64,000 bases of DNA from the human T2T-CHM13v2.0 reference genome, Homo sapiens, in assembly GCF_009914755.1 (NCBI RefSeq), contig NC_060939.1, one strand, 5' to 3'. The notes below the pieces were generated by a model. It saw only the letters and a program-made list of their open reading frames with translations, had not been told where the DNA came from and made no database searches. Of the stretch, positions 1 to 13,400 are shown piece by piece; positions within the stretch are counted from its first letter, which is position 1; every line of letters begins with the position of its first letter. The position numbers were made by a program, and so were the translations under genes.

Positions 1-3000
1 CCATCTCTGTGGCTGGATGTCACTCTAGATCTCTCTTATCAAATCAACTTGACACATACTTATTCCCCGCTCCACTGTACCAGACCCTGGCTGGGCTCTG
101 GAGAAGAAGCGATCTGCAGGTCCCTGACTTTGAAGAGCCCTGAAGTGTGGTCTGCCTTTCTCTGCTTCTCTCTGCCCATTTCTGCATCTTGACCTGCCCT
201 GCTCACCCTGCCCAGGAACCCAAGGATTGCTTCTGAAGTCCAAAGAGAGGATTCACGTTCCAGCCGTCCTATCTGCTGGTCCACTTGCAGTTTCTGTACC
301 CCCGGGTTCTGTGCCCCAGGTTCCCAGTCCTGGCTTTAGAGGCTGGGGACTTCTCTCTTCCTCCTCCAGGCTTCCAGTTTCAGCAGGAAAAGAAGGGCTG
401 GCATTTCCAGGGTGAATCTGTGGCAGCAACGGCTCTAGAATGTCCCAGAGGCCCACGGCCAGGCCTCCCCACCATCCTGGCCCCAAGGAGACCTGGCCCT
501 GTGCCTGCAGCGTAGAACCATTTGGTCTCCCTTGTATGGTGATTTTCACTGTAATTTGGTCTCCAGGTCTGTCTCTTGAGATTGGCCATAAGCCAAGATA
601 GCTACTCTCCAGGAGAGCCCTGAAGGGGGGAAAGTTAGGTTTGGGTGTGTGAGACACAAAGAAGAAATGAAAGTAAAATGCAGAAGGACAAGAAATTTAT
701 TACTCTGAGGTCCCACATAGGTTAGGGGTGTCAATGGTGTCCAAAGGAAGTCCAAAAGTGACAGGGAGTTCAACTTGGGGCAGGGGGAAGAGAGAGAAAG
801 AGGGGACCTGTGGGACTTTGCCTTTCTTAAAGCCTTAGCGTTATCATTTGGGCTTTCCCACAGGGGTTGTTGATTGGCTGGTTCAGAGAAAAGATACTTG
901 AAGGGGGGACTCATTTACATGACTCTGGTGTTGACCATTAGGTTTCATCATGGTCAGAAGCTGTGGGACCAGCGGTATTGGGTCAGTGGGATGAGGAACA
1001 AGCAGGCTATATTGCAAACAACTACATGGGGAAGGGAAGTGTTTTGGGCTTTAAATAATTTATATTAAACCTTAAAATGGATGCTGAGACATCAACTACA
1101 TTAAAACAAATTTATGACACTGGGTCAGACCAGCAGGCCGTGCTCCTTGTCAGTCGAGAGATTCAGGATTCATAGACCAAAGCCTCTTCTCTGTCTTCTC
1201 CTTCTCATTCCAGAGGCGCCCACTCCACTATCTCCTGCCCCAGCCCCTGCAGCCCTGGTACACTATCCTGTACTCATGGGACCAAGCTCTCCCACCATGG
1301 TACCTGCTGGCTGGGTTTAACCTGACTGTGCTCTTTGACACTGAGTGTGGAGTAGGGGCTGATAATAGGACCTGCCTGCAAACTCTCCGAGGTCCTTCCC
1401 CTCAATGGATTCCCTTCTTAGGCTTCCCCCTGTACTGGAAATAGGGGGTACATGGTAACGTCTTATGGGTATTATTGAATTAATAAATTTAAAAACTTAG
1501 CCAGACACATGAGTATTTTCAGATGTATTGTCTTATTCAATTCATAGACCAGTCTTATTAATCTCATTTTAGAGTTGCAAGAACAGAAGCCCAAAGAGGT
1601 TACCCAAAGTCAAATCACCAGGGCTAGGGTAGGAAGCCAGGCCCCCTGATGCCCCAGTCAGGGCTTGCTCTGAAACACAGCTCTTGCCTGTAAATAAAAG
1701 AAGGGGAAAAAAACACTTCTACACAGCACAGTTCTTCCTCAGAGAGTTCTTCATCTGAGATCCCAGGGCCTCAATGTCCTTAGCAGCTGCTTGAGAGATA
1801 GAACCAACTCTTCAGTAGAGACAGTACAAGGCACCCGCACACTGAGCCAGACTCAACCTGGCTGGGACCTCGGCAGAGCAGAGAAGCCCTGGCTCTGGGC
1901 CAGTTGGGCACAGCTGGTAACAAGTTCTCAGTCAATGGGAGCCCAGGGGCGAGAGGAAGCTTTAGGGAGGAAGGAATATTCTTTGAAGTGGTGTCAGCCA
2001 GAGGCTCAGAGGCGAAAACGTCAAAAACTCCCAGGTGGCCGGCAGGACTGAGACCCCCATCTCCCAGCAGGAAACAGGAGGCTGGCTTGGCGGGGCCACC
2101 TTTGAAGCTCCCCAGGGGACGGACATGCCACTCAGGGCCTCCCTGGTGAACAATCATGCCCCTAAGGCCTATGGCAGAAGCGGCCTCTGAAGCCGGCTTT
2201 GGGGCTGGGGAAAGTACTGCCTGTCTTTGGTGGCTTTTTCAAGCTCGCCCTGCTCTTTTTCAGCAGTACCACATCAGGGTGTGCCAGACGAAGAGGAAGC
2301 AGGTGGTGGAGCCCAGGTGTGCCAGGCTGCCCTGGCCCAGAGTTGCCGTGCGGAGTCAAGGACCCCAAGCCTGTTGGGACCTTGACCTCTAGGGACCCCT
2401 GGCTCTAGGCTGGCCTGCCCCATATCTCCCTGACTTCTAACCAGTAGACTCCCAGAGCCAGCCATTAGACTCCAGGGGACCCCCAAACCCCGAACCCTGG
2501 GCCTTGAGTGCCATATCCTGCAGGTCACCAAGGCCTGAAGAGTTGGAATTCCTTCTCTAATCCACTCTCTCTTCTTCGTTTCCAGCACCTCTGCTGGATT
2601 CTGGCCTTCCTCATCTCCCCTGGACTGTTGTTGCCCACGATCTGGCTTCTGTTCTGCCCTAGCCACCCAGAGCCAGCTCTGACATGCAGATCAGGCCCTG
2701 CAGTCTCACATTCTTGCTTCTGCTCATCCTTCACCCGACACCCAGGGCTCCATGACTTGGCTCCTATCCACCTCTCCAGCTTCCTCCCACCTCTGCCTCC
2801 AAGGTGCCCTCCTGAGCTCAGCTGCAGGCAGCCACGGCCGCTCCTCAGACATGTCCACCTGTTCTCACCATTGTACCTGTGCCATGCTGTCCCCAGCTAC
2901 GACAGAATCCTCCCACTCTAGCCTACAGGCACTGGTCTATCTTAACTTTTTACTCAACTTCTAGACTTCATTCCAGCTTCACCTTCTCAGAAAGCCTTTC

Positions 3001-3479
3001 CTGGAGGCTGGGCTGGGCCTGTGCCTCCCTTGGGCTGTCTCTGTGCCCTATGTGCCTGATCTCACTACTTGCCATGCTGGACTGTCACTGCTGGCAGTTG
3101 TGTCTCCTACAGGAAACTGGGCTTCACGGAGGGCAGGGGTCATTTCCAAGTCACCCATGTGGCTCCACAACCCAGCATGTAGGGTGATAAATAGACAACC
3201 CTGCACCAGTTCCCACCATCTGGTTGAGGCAGACATACACACACATGCACACACACACACACACACACAAACTACTGAGCTCTCACAGGATTGGGTAGTG
3301 TAAGCTCAACTGAGGGCAGAGTCAGCAAGGAGGGTTCCCTTGAGAAGGCAGGATTTGAGCTGGGTTCCTTTGAGCTGGGTTCCAGAGGCATGCTCTGCAC
3401 CTATCTGGGGATGTGAGTGCAGACACCCGAGCCAAAGCTGGGTGGCCAACGACTGGTGGATTGCATTGCATTGATGGCC

Positions 3480-3865
3480 CAGTGCTTCCTGCTCCCTGTG
3501 TCCTGGCCCTCTGCGGTGTGCTTTTGTATTGTCCTCCCACTATGAACAGAGGTTACGTCACTACCTCACCCTTGAGTTGACCCAGCCATGTGACTTCTTT
3601 TGGCCAATGGGATACTAGCAGACATGCTGCAAACGGAAGTTTGAAATGAGCTTTCACATTGGAGCCTGCCGTCTTGTGTCTGTGCTTTTGGCTAGCTTAG
3701 GTCAGCCAATAGCCAGCTGACCTCCAGAGTGAGTGACCCCATCTGAGAACTGAAGAATCACCCAGCAGAACCCAGACTAAATTTCTGACCCACAGGATAA
3801 TAAGTTAAATGAATATTATGTTAAGCCACTGAATTTTGGGGACTTTGTTATACAACAACAGTGAC
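3480..3865 (+). mobile_element. MaLR (MLT1-type) LTR fragment
   Basis: catgtgacttcttttggccaatggg...ttaagccactgaattttggggactttgttatac resembles the MLT1 consensus. Confidence 0.65.
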
Positions 3866-4932
3866 TGAGGCCAAGGTGACCAGCCTTTTGAAGGGCAGGC
3901 TCATCCACAATGGTTCCCACGATGGGCTGGCCATCTGAACAGGACCATCACTCCTTCAGCATTTCCACTGCCCCCTCTGCCTCAGCCACCTTGGGCTCTA
4001 CGAGACCTCACACATGTCCTGTGTCTTTGCACAACCTGTTCCTTCCTCCTGGAAGACCCATCCTCATCTTGTCCTCTGAATCCTGTTCACTCTTTAAGAC
4101 CAGCTCATACCCTGAAACCTTTGTAGGTTCACAGCCTCTCTGCCACCATCAATCTTTTGGGAATGAAGTAAGGTATAAGTGAGTAAAATCCCTCCCCTTC
4201 TGTCTCCTGTCTTCCTGTATCCCCCTTTGCTCTGCTGGTAGCTTTATTGCAGCACATCCCCTTTCATAGTTACCAACCCATGCCGTGGCTCCTGAACACT
4301 AAGTAGGGAGGAAGGCCCAACTGAGAGAGTGGCTCTCACGTAATCCTGGGTCTCCCCAAGCCTCAGCACTAGCCGGGTACCCAAAAGTATCCTGGGAGGG
4401 GGCAATGAATAAAGATGAACAAACTTTCCATCTACTGATTTCAGAACAATGAGACATGGTACTATGTAAAAAACCCACATTGAAATTCAAAGACCTGTTT
4501 TCAGTCCCTACCTTGCCCTGCAACATTTGCCAGGGGCTTGCCCCCCTCCGAGCCTCAGTTTCCCATCTGTATAATGAGGGGCTGTGCTGACTCATTTCCC
4601 ACCCCCCCCGCCCCCCCCACCCCCGTCAGGGCTGAGCATCTGTGGAGTGTGCTCAGGTATCCGGTCCTCCGGTTGCCAGCTCTGGCCTGGTTCCTCACTG
4701 GCCTGGGTTGTGTGACAAAGCTTCCCACCTGCCAGCAGCCTGGCCAGTCCTTTGGATAGTGGTGGCTAATGAGCTGGCCTGGGTTCTTTTGACTGCCAGC
4801 ATCTTCCACTTTCTGAACCTGCCAGTGGGATAAGGAGGCCTTGGTGTTGGGAGACATCTCTTCTGAAAGCTCTGCTGGTCAAGGCTGGGTCCCTGCCTGT
4901 CTGATTGGGGAGGCCTGGCCAGTCTTCAGGAA

Positions 4933-4935
<3 letters not shown>

Positions 4936-4978
<43 letters not shown>
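4936..4978 (+). repeat. (CA)n microsatellite, about 21 units
   Basis: Seen directly. Confidence 0.97.
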
Positions 4979-4980
<2 letters not shown>

Positions 4981-6745
4981 CATCCAAGGCTCTCTCCTGG
5001 AAGCTTCTGATGGGCTCCTAGGAAGGAATGCTGACTGGCTGTGTCTTCCTCCCTTGGCATCCCCTAGAGTCAGGTAAGAAGAGGACAGAGAAAGGGAAAA
5101 TGGGCCAGTGCAAAATTAACCACACAGAGAAAGACTTTTCCACTCCAGCTCACTGAAAACCAGGATGAAAGATCTCAGAAGCTGGAATCCAGCCAGGTTC
5201 ACACCTAGGGAGCAAAGCTTCCTGGGGTACAGTGCAGGAAGGGAGGCTAGATCTGAACTAGAGCTTCTCCTCCAGCCAGTATTATCACTGCTTACTCAAG
5301 GAGGTGGGAAAGCTCCAAAGATGCTCACCTCATGCATCTCCCTGGCATACCAGGAAGAAGCCTGGGGCAGAAGTCCATGGTGTCTCTGTGGCCCTAGGGT
5401 AGGGCTCTACTGCAGCCCTAGGGTAGAGAGCTAGGCCACTGGGGCTTCCAGATTGCACCCATCACAGACAGTGAGCGGCTGACGCGATGCCTCTCTGGCT
5501 CTACCTCCTCCCTCGTCTACCCCTCTTTCCAGCAGATAAACTTGAAGGAAGCAGGGAGAGGCTGTTTGTGGATGCAGAGTGGCTGCTCACTCACTGCTCT
5601 GTTCTCACACTATCTCCTCGAACCCCACCCCTGTGAATGCTAGAGGCAAAGACTAAGAGGCTGAAAGTCCGGAGCCTTGGCTTCTAGTCTGGGTGTTTTC
5701 CCTTGATATCTTTGTGACCTTGGAAGGTACAGTGCTTCTTTTGGACCCCTGGATATTTCTTCTGCAGGTAAGAGGTAATAACTCCCACTGTCAAATGGCC
5801 GCAGGATGGAAACCTTCTGAAACCATCAAGTTCTTTATACAGATGTTTTCATTATTGAGTCCAGAGAGGTGGTCCCCAATGTGCTTGAGGCCGCACTGTC
5901 CCCTCTTTGCTGGCCTCTTTGCAGCCTAGGCTTTGAGAAACATGGCCAGGACCTGGCCTCTCCTCCCCGCCTCATGTTCCCCGGCCAGCTGCCCCAGTGG
6001 TCCCTGCACAGGTTCAGCACCTGCTCTGAGCCCATCCTGGGGCAGGGCTGTCAGGGGAGGGACCTTCCCTCCAGCTCTCTTCCTGGGTACAGAACCACCC
6101 AGAGAAGAGCGACAGGCTAGAGCAGGACAGAGTGTGAGCAGGAGCTGTTGTGTGGAGAGTAGATGCTCAGAGAAGGGAGAGGGTGGCACAGAGGAGTAAA
6201 GTTCCTCTCCAATCTGTCTCCAAATGCTTGTATCTTCTACAGTCTATACTACCCATGGATTTCAGGTGGAGAGAAAGACATCTTTCTGACAGTGAGAGTT
6301 GCCTGGGAGTGGTGGAAGGAAGCATCCTGTCGATGAGGCTTTTTTGCTGAGTGTGTGGGGGCTTGTGCACACAGAAATACTATTTATAGCTACCTTTTAA
6401 AATTTAATAGGCAATTTATTAAGGATACACATATAAAAACATAGCTTTTTAGAAGGATTAAGCTCCACTTACCAATCTTATTGTTCTATGCATAAATGCA
6501 ATAAAATAAGAACAAGACCTTCACTTTTTCTTCAATTAAAGTTTGATTAACTCAGGTTGAAAAAACTACTCCTTTAAACAATCAGTGCCTTTTACAACTC
6601 AATTAAATTTGCTTAAACAATTTCAGCTACATTTAAACATTTAATATATTTGATTTTCCTACGTAACTTAAATATCTAATGGAATAAGCAAAATCTTTTT
6701 ATCACGTACTTGAAAATCCATTGTAAATACAATAAATTAAATTTA

Positions 6746-7085
<340 letters not shown>

Positions 7086-7189
7086 TTTATAAATAGAATA
7101 ACTTTTACATTCTCTTAAATATTGCAATACTGTTTCCAAAATTTGTTACATTCTCCCATACCTTTCAACTAAAAATTACATGTCTACAG

Positions 7190-10100
7190 GCTTCTGATTA
7201 CAGCTAAGATGGAGTAAGCAAATTTCATCCTCTCTCTCCCACTGCTTACAAATAAAATCCCTGGAATGAATGCATGCAACACTGTTTAAGAATACTGAAA
7301 AAAAAATAATAGCAGGTGGATTTGCAGGAAATAAATGCTCAAAGAATGATCAATATGACCGTGAGTTTTCTGGTATTTTCCCTCCAATATCTCCTGACTT
7401 GGATGCTAGAGGGCCCAAATGCCACTGCACAGTGGGCACAAACAAAAAAGCTCCAAGAGGAACTCTTCCTTCTAGCCACAGGACTGGGAACAGGGACCCT
7501 GCAGGTCAGAGAGTGACCCCAATTGTTCTCTCTTTTACTCTCCTGGGTATGTCCCAAGGAAAGCCCCAATCATGAAACTATACTCCTGTAATGTTGGTAG
7601 TGCAGGATCTAAAACCATGAGGAAAATCCTTCTCTCTGGTCAGAGGAATTGGGAAAGGGAACCCCTGTGAAGGTGTGGGGGAAATTCTGTTGATTTTTCT
7701 TTCTTTCTTTGTCTTTTTGCTTCACCCAGGAGGTGGACCCCAGGCAGGGGAAATATGCAACAGTTAGGGGAGGGTAAAACTCCAGCGTTGCAGCACAAAG
7801 ACCCGGAAAAGGGCCTCTGGGCGCCAGAGAGTGTAAGGGAAATCGCGGTGTGCTAAAGAAAAGACTTCCTTAAATCCGTGGGTGAAGTCCTGGACTCTTC
7901 CTTGAGCAGGGCATGTGTAGAACTGATCCAAAGCAGGTCAGGACTTGTGGTCTGAACTAGATAGGGTTGATCATATAATATTCAAAATGCCCCAAATTAC
8001 TCCATACACAAAGAACCAGGAAAATCTCAATTACTTTCAAAGGAAAAGATAATTAACTGATGCCGGCCCTGAGATAATCCAGATGATGGAGTTATCACAC
8101 AAAAACTTTAAAGCAGATATTATCACTATAGTTCATAAAGTAAGAAAAAATGATCTTGAAATGAATGGAAGGATAGAAGCTGTCAAAAAAGAACCTGAAA
8201 ATCATTTTAAAAAGAACAAAATGGACATTTTGTTGCTAGAAAATACAATAACTGAAATTTTAAAAATCACCTCAGGGCTTCAATTGCAAAACAAAGATGA
8301 CAGAAAAAAGAATCAATAAACTTGAAAATAAATCAATAGAAATTATCTAATCTGAACAACATAGAAAAAAAGATTGAAAAGAAAGAATAGAGTTTCAGGG
8401 ACTTGTGAGACAATATCAAAATGTCTAATATTCATGTCATTGGAGTTCAATAGAAAGAGAAGAAAAGGCTTGCTTGGTGCAGAAAAAAAACTTGAAGAAA
8501 TCATGGCTGAAAACGTCCCAAATTTGGTAAAAAGACATAAATGTATTGATTCATGGATCTCAGTATATTCAGAAACCCCCAAAACAATAAATTCAAAGAC
8601 AACCTCACCCAAAGACATCTTAAACAGCTGAAAACCAAGGATAAAGAAAAAAGTTAAAAGCAGCCAGAGGAAAGCAATACAATACATATAGAGGAAGAAC
8701 AATTAAATTGCCTACAGATTTGTCATCAGAAACCATCAAAGCCAGAAGACAATGGAAAAAATTCTCTAAAATGCTGGAAGAGCTGTCAACCCAGAATTCC
8801 ATACCCAGTTAAAAAACAAAACAAAACAAACAAACAAACAAAAACCCAAAACCTTTTTAAAAGGCAAAGTAAAGATATTTTTATATGAAGAAAAACTAAG
8901 AAAATTTATTGCTGGCATGCCAGCTGCAAAAGAAACGCTACAGGAAATTCTTCAGGAGAAAGACAAATGATACCAATATTTGGGAGATTTTTCCAGATGT
9001 CTTTCTCTTACTCATTTTGAGTTGCTCCTGTAGCCACTGCTGCTGCTACTCTCTTGAAGAAGGCCACACTCCCACTCAAAACTTGGAACTTAAGGAGTAA
9101 AGGAAGATGACAAAATTATAAAACTAGGTAAATATAATAAATTATTTTCTCCTTAAGTACTTTAAAATATGTACTATAGAAAGAGAAGAAAAGGCTTGCT
9201 TGGTGCGGAAAAAAAACTGGAAGAAATCATGGCTGAAAACGTCCCAAATTTGGTAAAAAGACGTAAATGTATTGATTCATGGATCTCAGTATATTCAGAA
9301 ATCCCCAAAACAATAAATTCAAAGACAACCTCACCCAAAGACATCTTAAACAGCTGAAAACTGTTTAAGCTGAAAGCAAAAGTTATAACATTGTATAATG
9401 AGGTTTTCAATGTCTATAGATGTATATAACGAGTACAGCATGAAGGAGGGAAAAGGACCTATATGGCTGCAAGGTTTCTATATTTCACTTGAAGCGGTAA
9501 AATAGTAACTCTAGATAGACCATGAAGAATTAGGTATTTGTATTATAATCCCTAGAATAACCACTTAAAAAATACAAAAAGATATAGTAAAAAAGGCAAC
9601 AGAGAAAGAAAAATGGAATGCTAAAACAATATTCAAATAATCCAAAGGAAGACAGAAAAGGGGAAACAAAGAAATAAAAGATTTGGGACAAACCAAAACC
9701 AAACAATAAAATGGTAGACCTAAATCCAACCATATCAACGAATGTATTAAGTATAAATGGTTTAAACATATCAATTAAAAGACAGAGATAGTCAGATTAG
9801 ATTTTTTTAAAATAAGACCAACTCTATGCTATATATAAGAAACTCACATTAAATATGATATAGATAGGTTAAAAATTAAATGATTTTTAAAACTACCATG
9901 AAACTTTTTTTAGAAAGCTGGAATGGCTATATTAATTTAAAGCAAACTAGACTTCTAAAGAAGGAAATTTATCAGAGATTAAGAGGAATATTACACAATG
10001 AAAAAAGGATTAATTCATCTAGAAGTTGTCACAATCCTCAATGTATATGTATCCAACAATAGAGCTTCAAAACACATGAAGCAAAAAATTGAGAGAAGTA

Positions 10101-10480
10101 AAAGTAGAAATAAACAAACCCAGTTATACTTGGAGACTTTAACAAAACTCATCTTTCACTAACTGATGGAAAAGTAGACAGAAAATCAGTGAGGACGTAG
10201 AAGACCTGAACAACACTACCAATGAACTTGATCTAATTGATATTTGTAGAACACTCCACCCCCAACAGCAGAATGCACATTCTTTTCAAGTTGCTCCAAT
10301 ATAGACCATATTCTATAGGTCATAAAACAAACCTTAACAAACTTAAAAGAATTGAAATCATACAAAGTATGTTCTCTGATTGTAATGAAGTCAAATGAAA
10401 TGAACGAAAGAGAGATATCTGGAAAATCTCTCAAATACTGGAAATTAAGCCACACATAAAAAATTCATGGGCTAAAGAAA
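7190..10480 (+). mobile_element. Old L1 (L1M-type): 5' region, decayed ORF1, inter-ORF and start of ORF2 endonuclease
   Basis: A-rich strand; ORF1-like EKKLEEIMAENVPNLVK; ORF2-like ggagactttaac, gacctgaacaacac, cagaatgcacattcttttcaag. Confidence 0.88.
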
Positions 10481-13400
10481 GGTGAGGTTGAGGAGCTGGG
10501 ATGCTAGCCTGGGAAGTTTGCCCATGCTCTTAACCAGTAGGCCACATGGCCTCTCAAGGTTTTTCGGAGCCTTGAATGCCCGGCTAAGGACTTTGAAATT
10601 TGCACTTATTCAATGGATAAGCATTTAAGGATTTTCACGTATAAGACAAAGCACTATTTGCAAACAGATGGAGTTGGGTATAGCTTGTGAAGGGGCAGGA
10701 GAAGGGGCAAGACAAATCTGTTCTGCCCCACCAGGGAGGCAAAGTGAAATTAAAGATTTGGATTTTTCAAGATTTTTTAAAGAAGACATTTTTGAAACAG
10801 AGCCCATCCCTCCTTTTTCACAGAGGTTATTTCCATAGTCCTTTTGGGTTGTACATATGTTACATGAGCTGGCAGCTCTAGAGGGAGGAGCCTATCTCTA
10901 CCATCAGACAGGGGCTTTCAGACAAAGGCCATGTAACCCTGCAATAATGGGGGTTTCCCAAGAGATAATTAGCTTGTGGCTCTAGACAAGTTGCTTAACC
11001 TCCCTATGCCTCAGTTTCTCATCTGTATGATGGGGATGATATCAGTTCCTACTGACTGTTCCCTGGCCTTGGGCTAAGCTGCCTGGGAAAAAGGCTAGAA
11101 AGGAGTTTGAACTCCTGGCTTCTGGTAGCTGCAGTGGGACCCTAGCTGGAAGGTAGGTGGGAAGGTGTCTCTCTAGTTTGCAGTAAGGCTTGGAGGAAGG
11201 TCTCAGCATGACAAGAAGTGGGACTCCTACCTCCAGGGACCCCAAGTCGGAGCAGGGTAGGGCATATTAAATATCCTCTGCAGAGACTTTGATCAACAGC
11301 CATGACAGGGAGGGTTTCTGTTCTCTTTGAAGCAGCAAAAAGATCAATCCTCCTTCTTATCTCAGCCTCTTTGCACAGTGGCATCACGTGCTCCTGCAAC
11401 CACTGAGGCTGCTACTCTCTCAAAGACGGGAACAGAGGAGGCAAAGCCCAACCCAGCCCTGTCTCCTCCCCGCCGTCTCCCTGCCTCCCTGTACCCCTCC
11501 ATCCCAGGGATAAACAGAATCTGCCACTTTCTAGCCTTCATTTGGCCCAGCCCCGGAAGGAAAGAGGAGGAAAACAAAAGAATACCTATGCACCAGGAAA
11601 TAAGACCTTCCAGGGCTCCTTCATCAAACTAGCTAACCTGGGCACTCCTCTTTTCCTCAAAATCTGGCTTTTAAAACATCGCCTTTTGCTGCCATCTAAA
11701 GATAACCGGGATAGGAGGCAGGAGACTGGATTCTAGTTACAGGTATTCCTTTGATTTGCTGTGTGACTTTAAGTAAGCTGCTGCCCCTCTCTGGAGCTTA
11801 ATTTCTCACCTACGAAGCAAAGTTGCTGCATATGTTTTTCAGGACTCAATTTAAAACTCTGTAGTCAAGACCAGGCTGTGGCCAGGGCCAGATTTCCATG
11901 TGTGTTCAGGTTGTAGAATTGTCTTTCTCAGATCCTCTCACAAAGGAATTGCCCCCATAACCTTGACCTCACTGACTCCTTCCTATCTTGGCCAAATGTT
12001 TTTCTACACAATCTATTAGTGGAAAGAGCTGCTTGGCTAGTGGAGCAGCATCCTGAGTCTGCAGGCTCTGCCCATGAGGGGCAGGAACAATTCCCATCAG
12101 TGCTGCCTCCAGCTTGTTCAAGGACTGAAGACAGCAGAGGAGAGGGTTTGCAGGGTCACTCTGCCTTTGAAAGGCTGGGAGAAGAAGAGAATAGGGCACG
12201 GGGCAGGATAGGGAGGAGTTGAGGTGGGAATAAGGGGTCGTGGGAGAAATGTCCTGGACCTCCTGCCTCTGGGTGTTGTGTGTTTATGACCATACCAGCC
12301 TGGTGAGTTTGGGTAGGGGTCAGGGGTTTACCCCATGCGAGTATAGCGCCTCCCCATTTCATTGGGTGAATGAAAGTTTCAGACCCAGAGGAAGTAAGAT
12401 CCTCCACCTGTCTCCTGCCCCCTAGAGGAGGTCCCAAAGACAAAGGGCAAAGGCCGCAGGAGTCCTGCTCCTCCAAGCCAACCCAGTGAGCTGATGCTGC
12501 TTCCGGGCATCAGGCTTTGGAGAGCTCAGTAATAAGCTTCCTGTATCTGGTCTCCAGGATACTGACAGGTCTACTTTCTGGCCAGATCCAGGCCCCAGTC
12601 AGAGTCTCCCAGGGTGTAGAGGATGGAATAGCTCCAGAAAAGGGAAAAAATGAGGAATGAAGTGAGAAAGAAGTAATTCCAGTCTCCCTGCTTCTGCCCA
12701 ACACTGGAACGCACCAGGCCAGATCTGAACCTCTTCTCTGCCTCTAGGACTGAGGGTGTCAGTGTAGATCTCCATCCTCCTGCTTTTCCTCCCCCAGCCC
12801 CAGCTTCGTGTGTCCCTTCCATCACTCCAGGCCCCTGGGGTCTCCTGCTCTGCCCTCATGAACCCTGACCCCTAATAAGTCCCCAGGGTCAGCCCTTTGC
12901 CCACTGCCCAGCCCCCTCGGTGGCCCCCAGCTTGGGATCTCTCCAGGGAGAAGGGAATCATCTGTGAATTGCTGCCATGACTGGCAAGGCCCAGGGGTGC
13001 CATTCCTGGCATGCTGCCCAGGCATTTGGACCTACAGGGTAGGTGTATTTGTGTGTGTGCACAAATGTTCACACTTCAGAGAGCAAGTTTTCCATAGAAG
13101 TGAGGTGCCCAGATTGATTTCATGCTGTTTTGGGGGAAACGTGTAAGTGTGGGCATGTTGCAGCATGATATAGATGTGTTTGTATGCACATTACGCGGGG
13201 CTATTTGTGTTTCTGTGGATCTGAATATGTTGGAAAGTGAATATTGAAGCATGTGGTCCTACATTTTGTGGGGGCTTGTGTACTCCTGAATTTCAGGGGT
13301 TTCGTGTATAGTTTGCAGAGTGATATGTGTGCCCATGGGCAATGTGTGCTAGGTACCTGTGAGCTCTTGAGTATCTTTGCCACTTTCCCTTTGCCTGGAG

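Noticed and set aside
10470-10938. Alternative phase-0 minus-strand reading (...WALFQKCLL*KILKNPNL*FHFASL...VCK*CFVLY) that superficially resembled an RGS-like motif
   Set aside because: About 6 stops in about 150 codons is the random expectation, several are TAA, and it would need a 48-nt intron.
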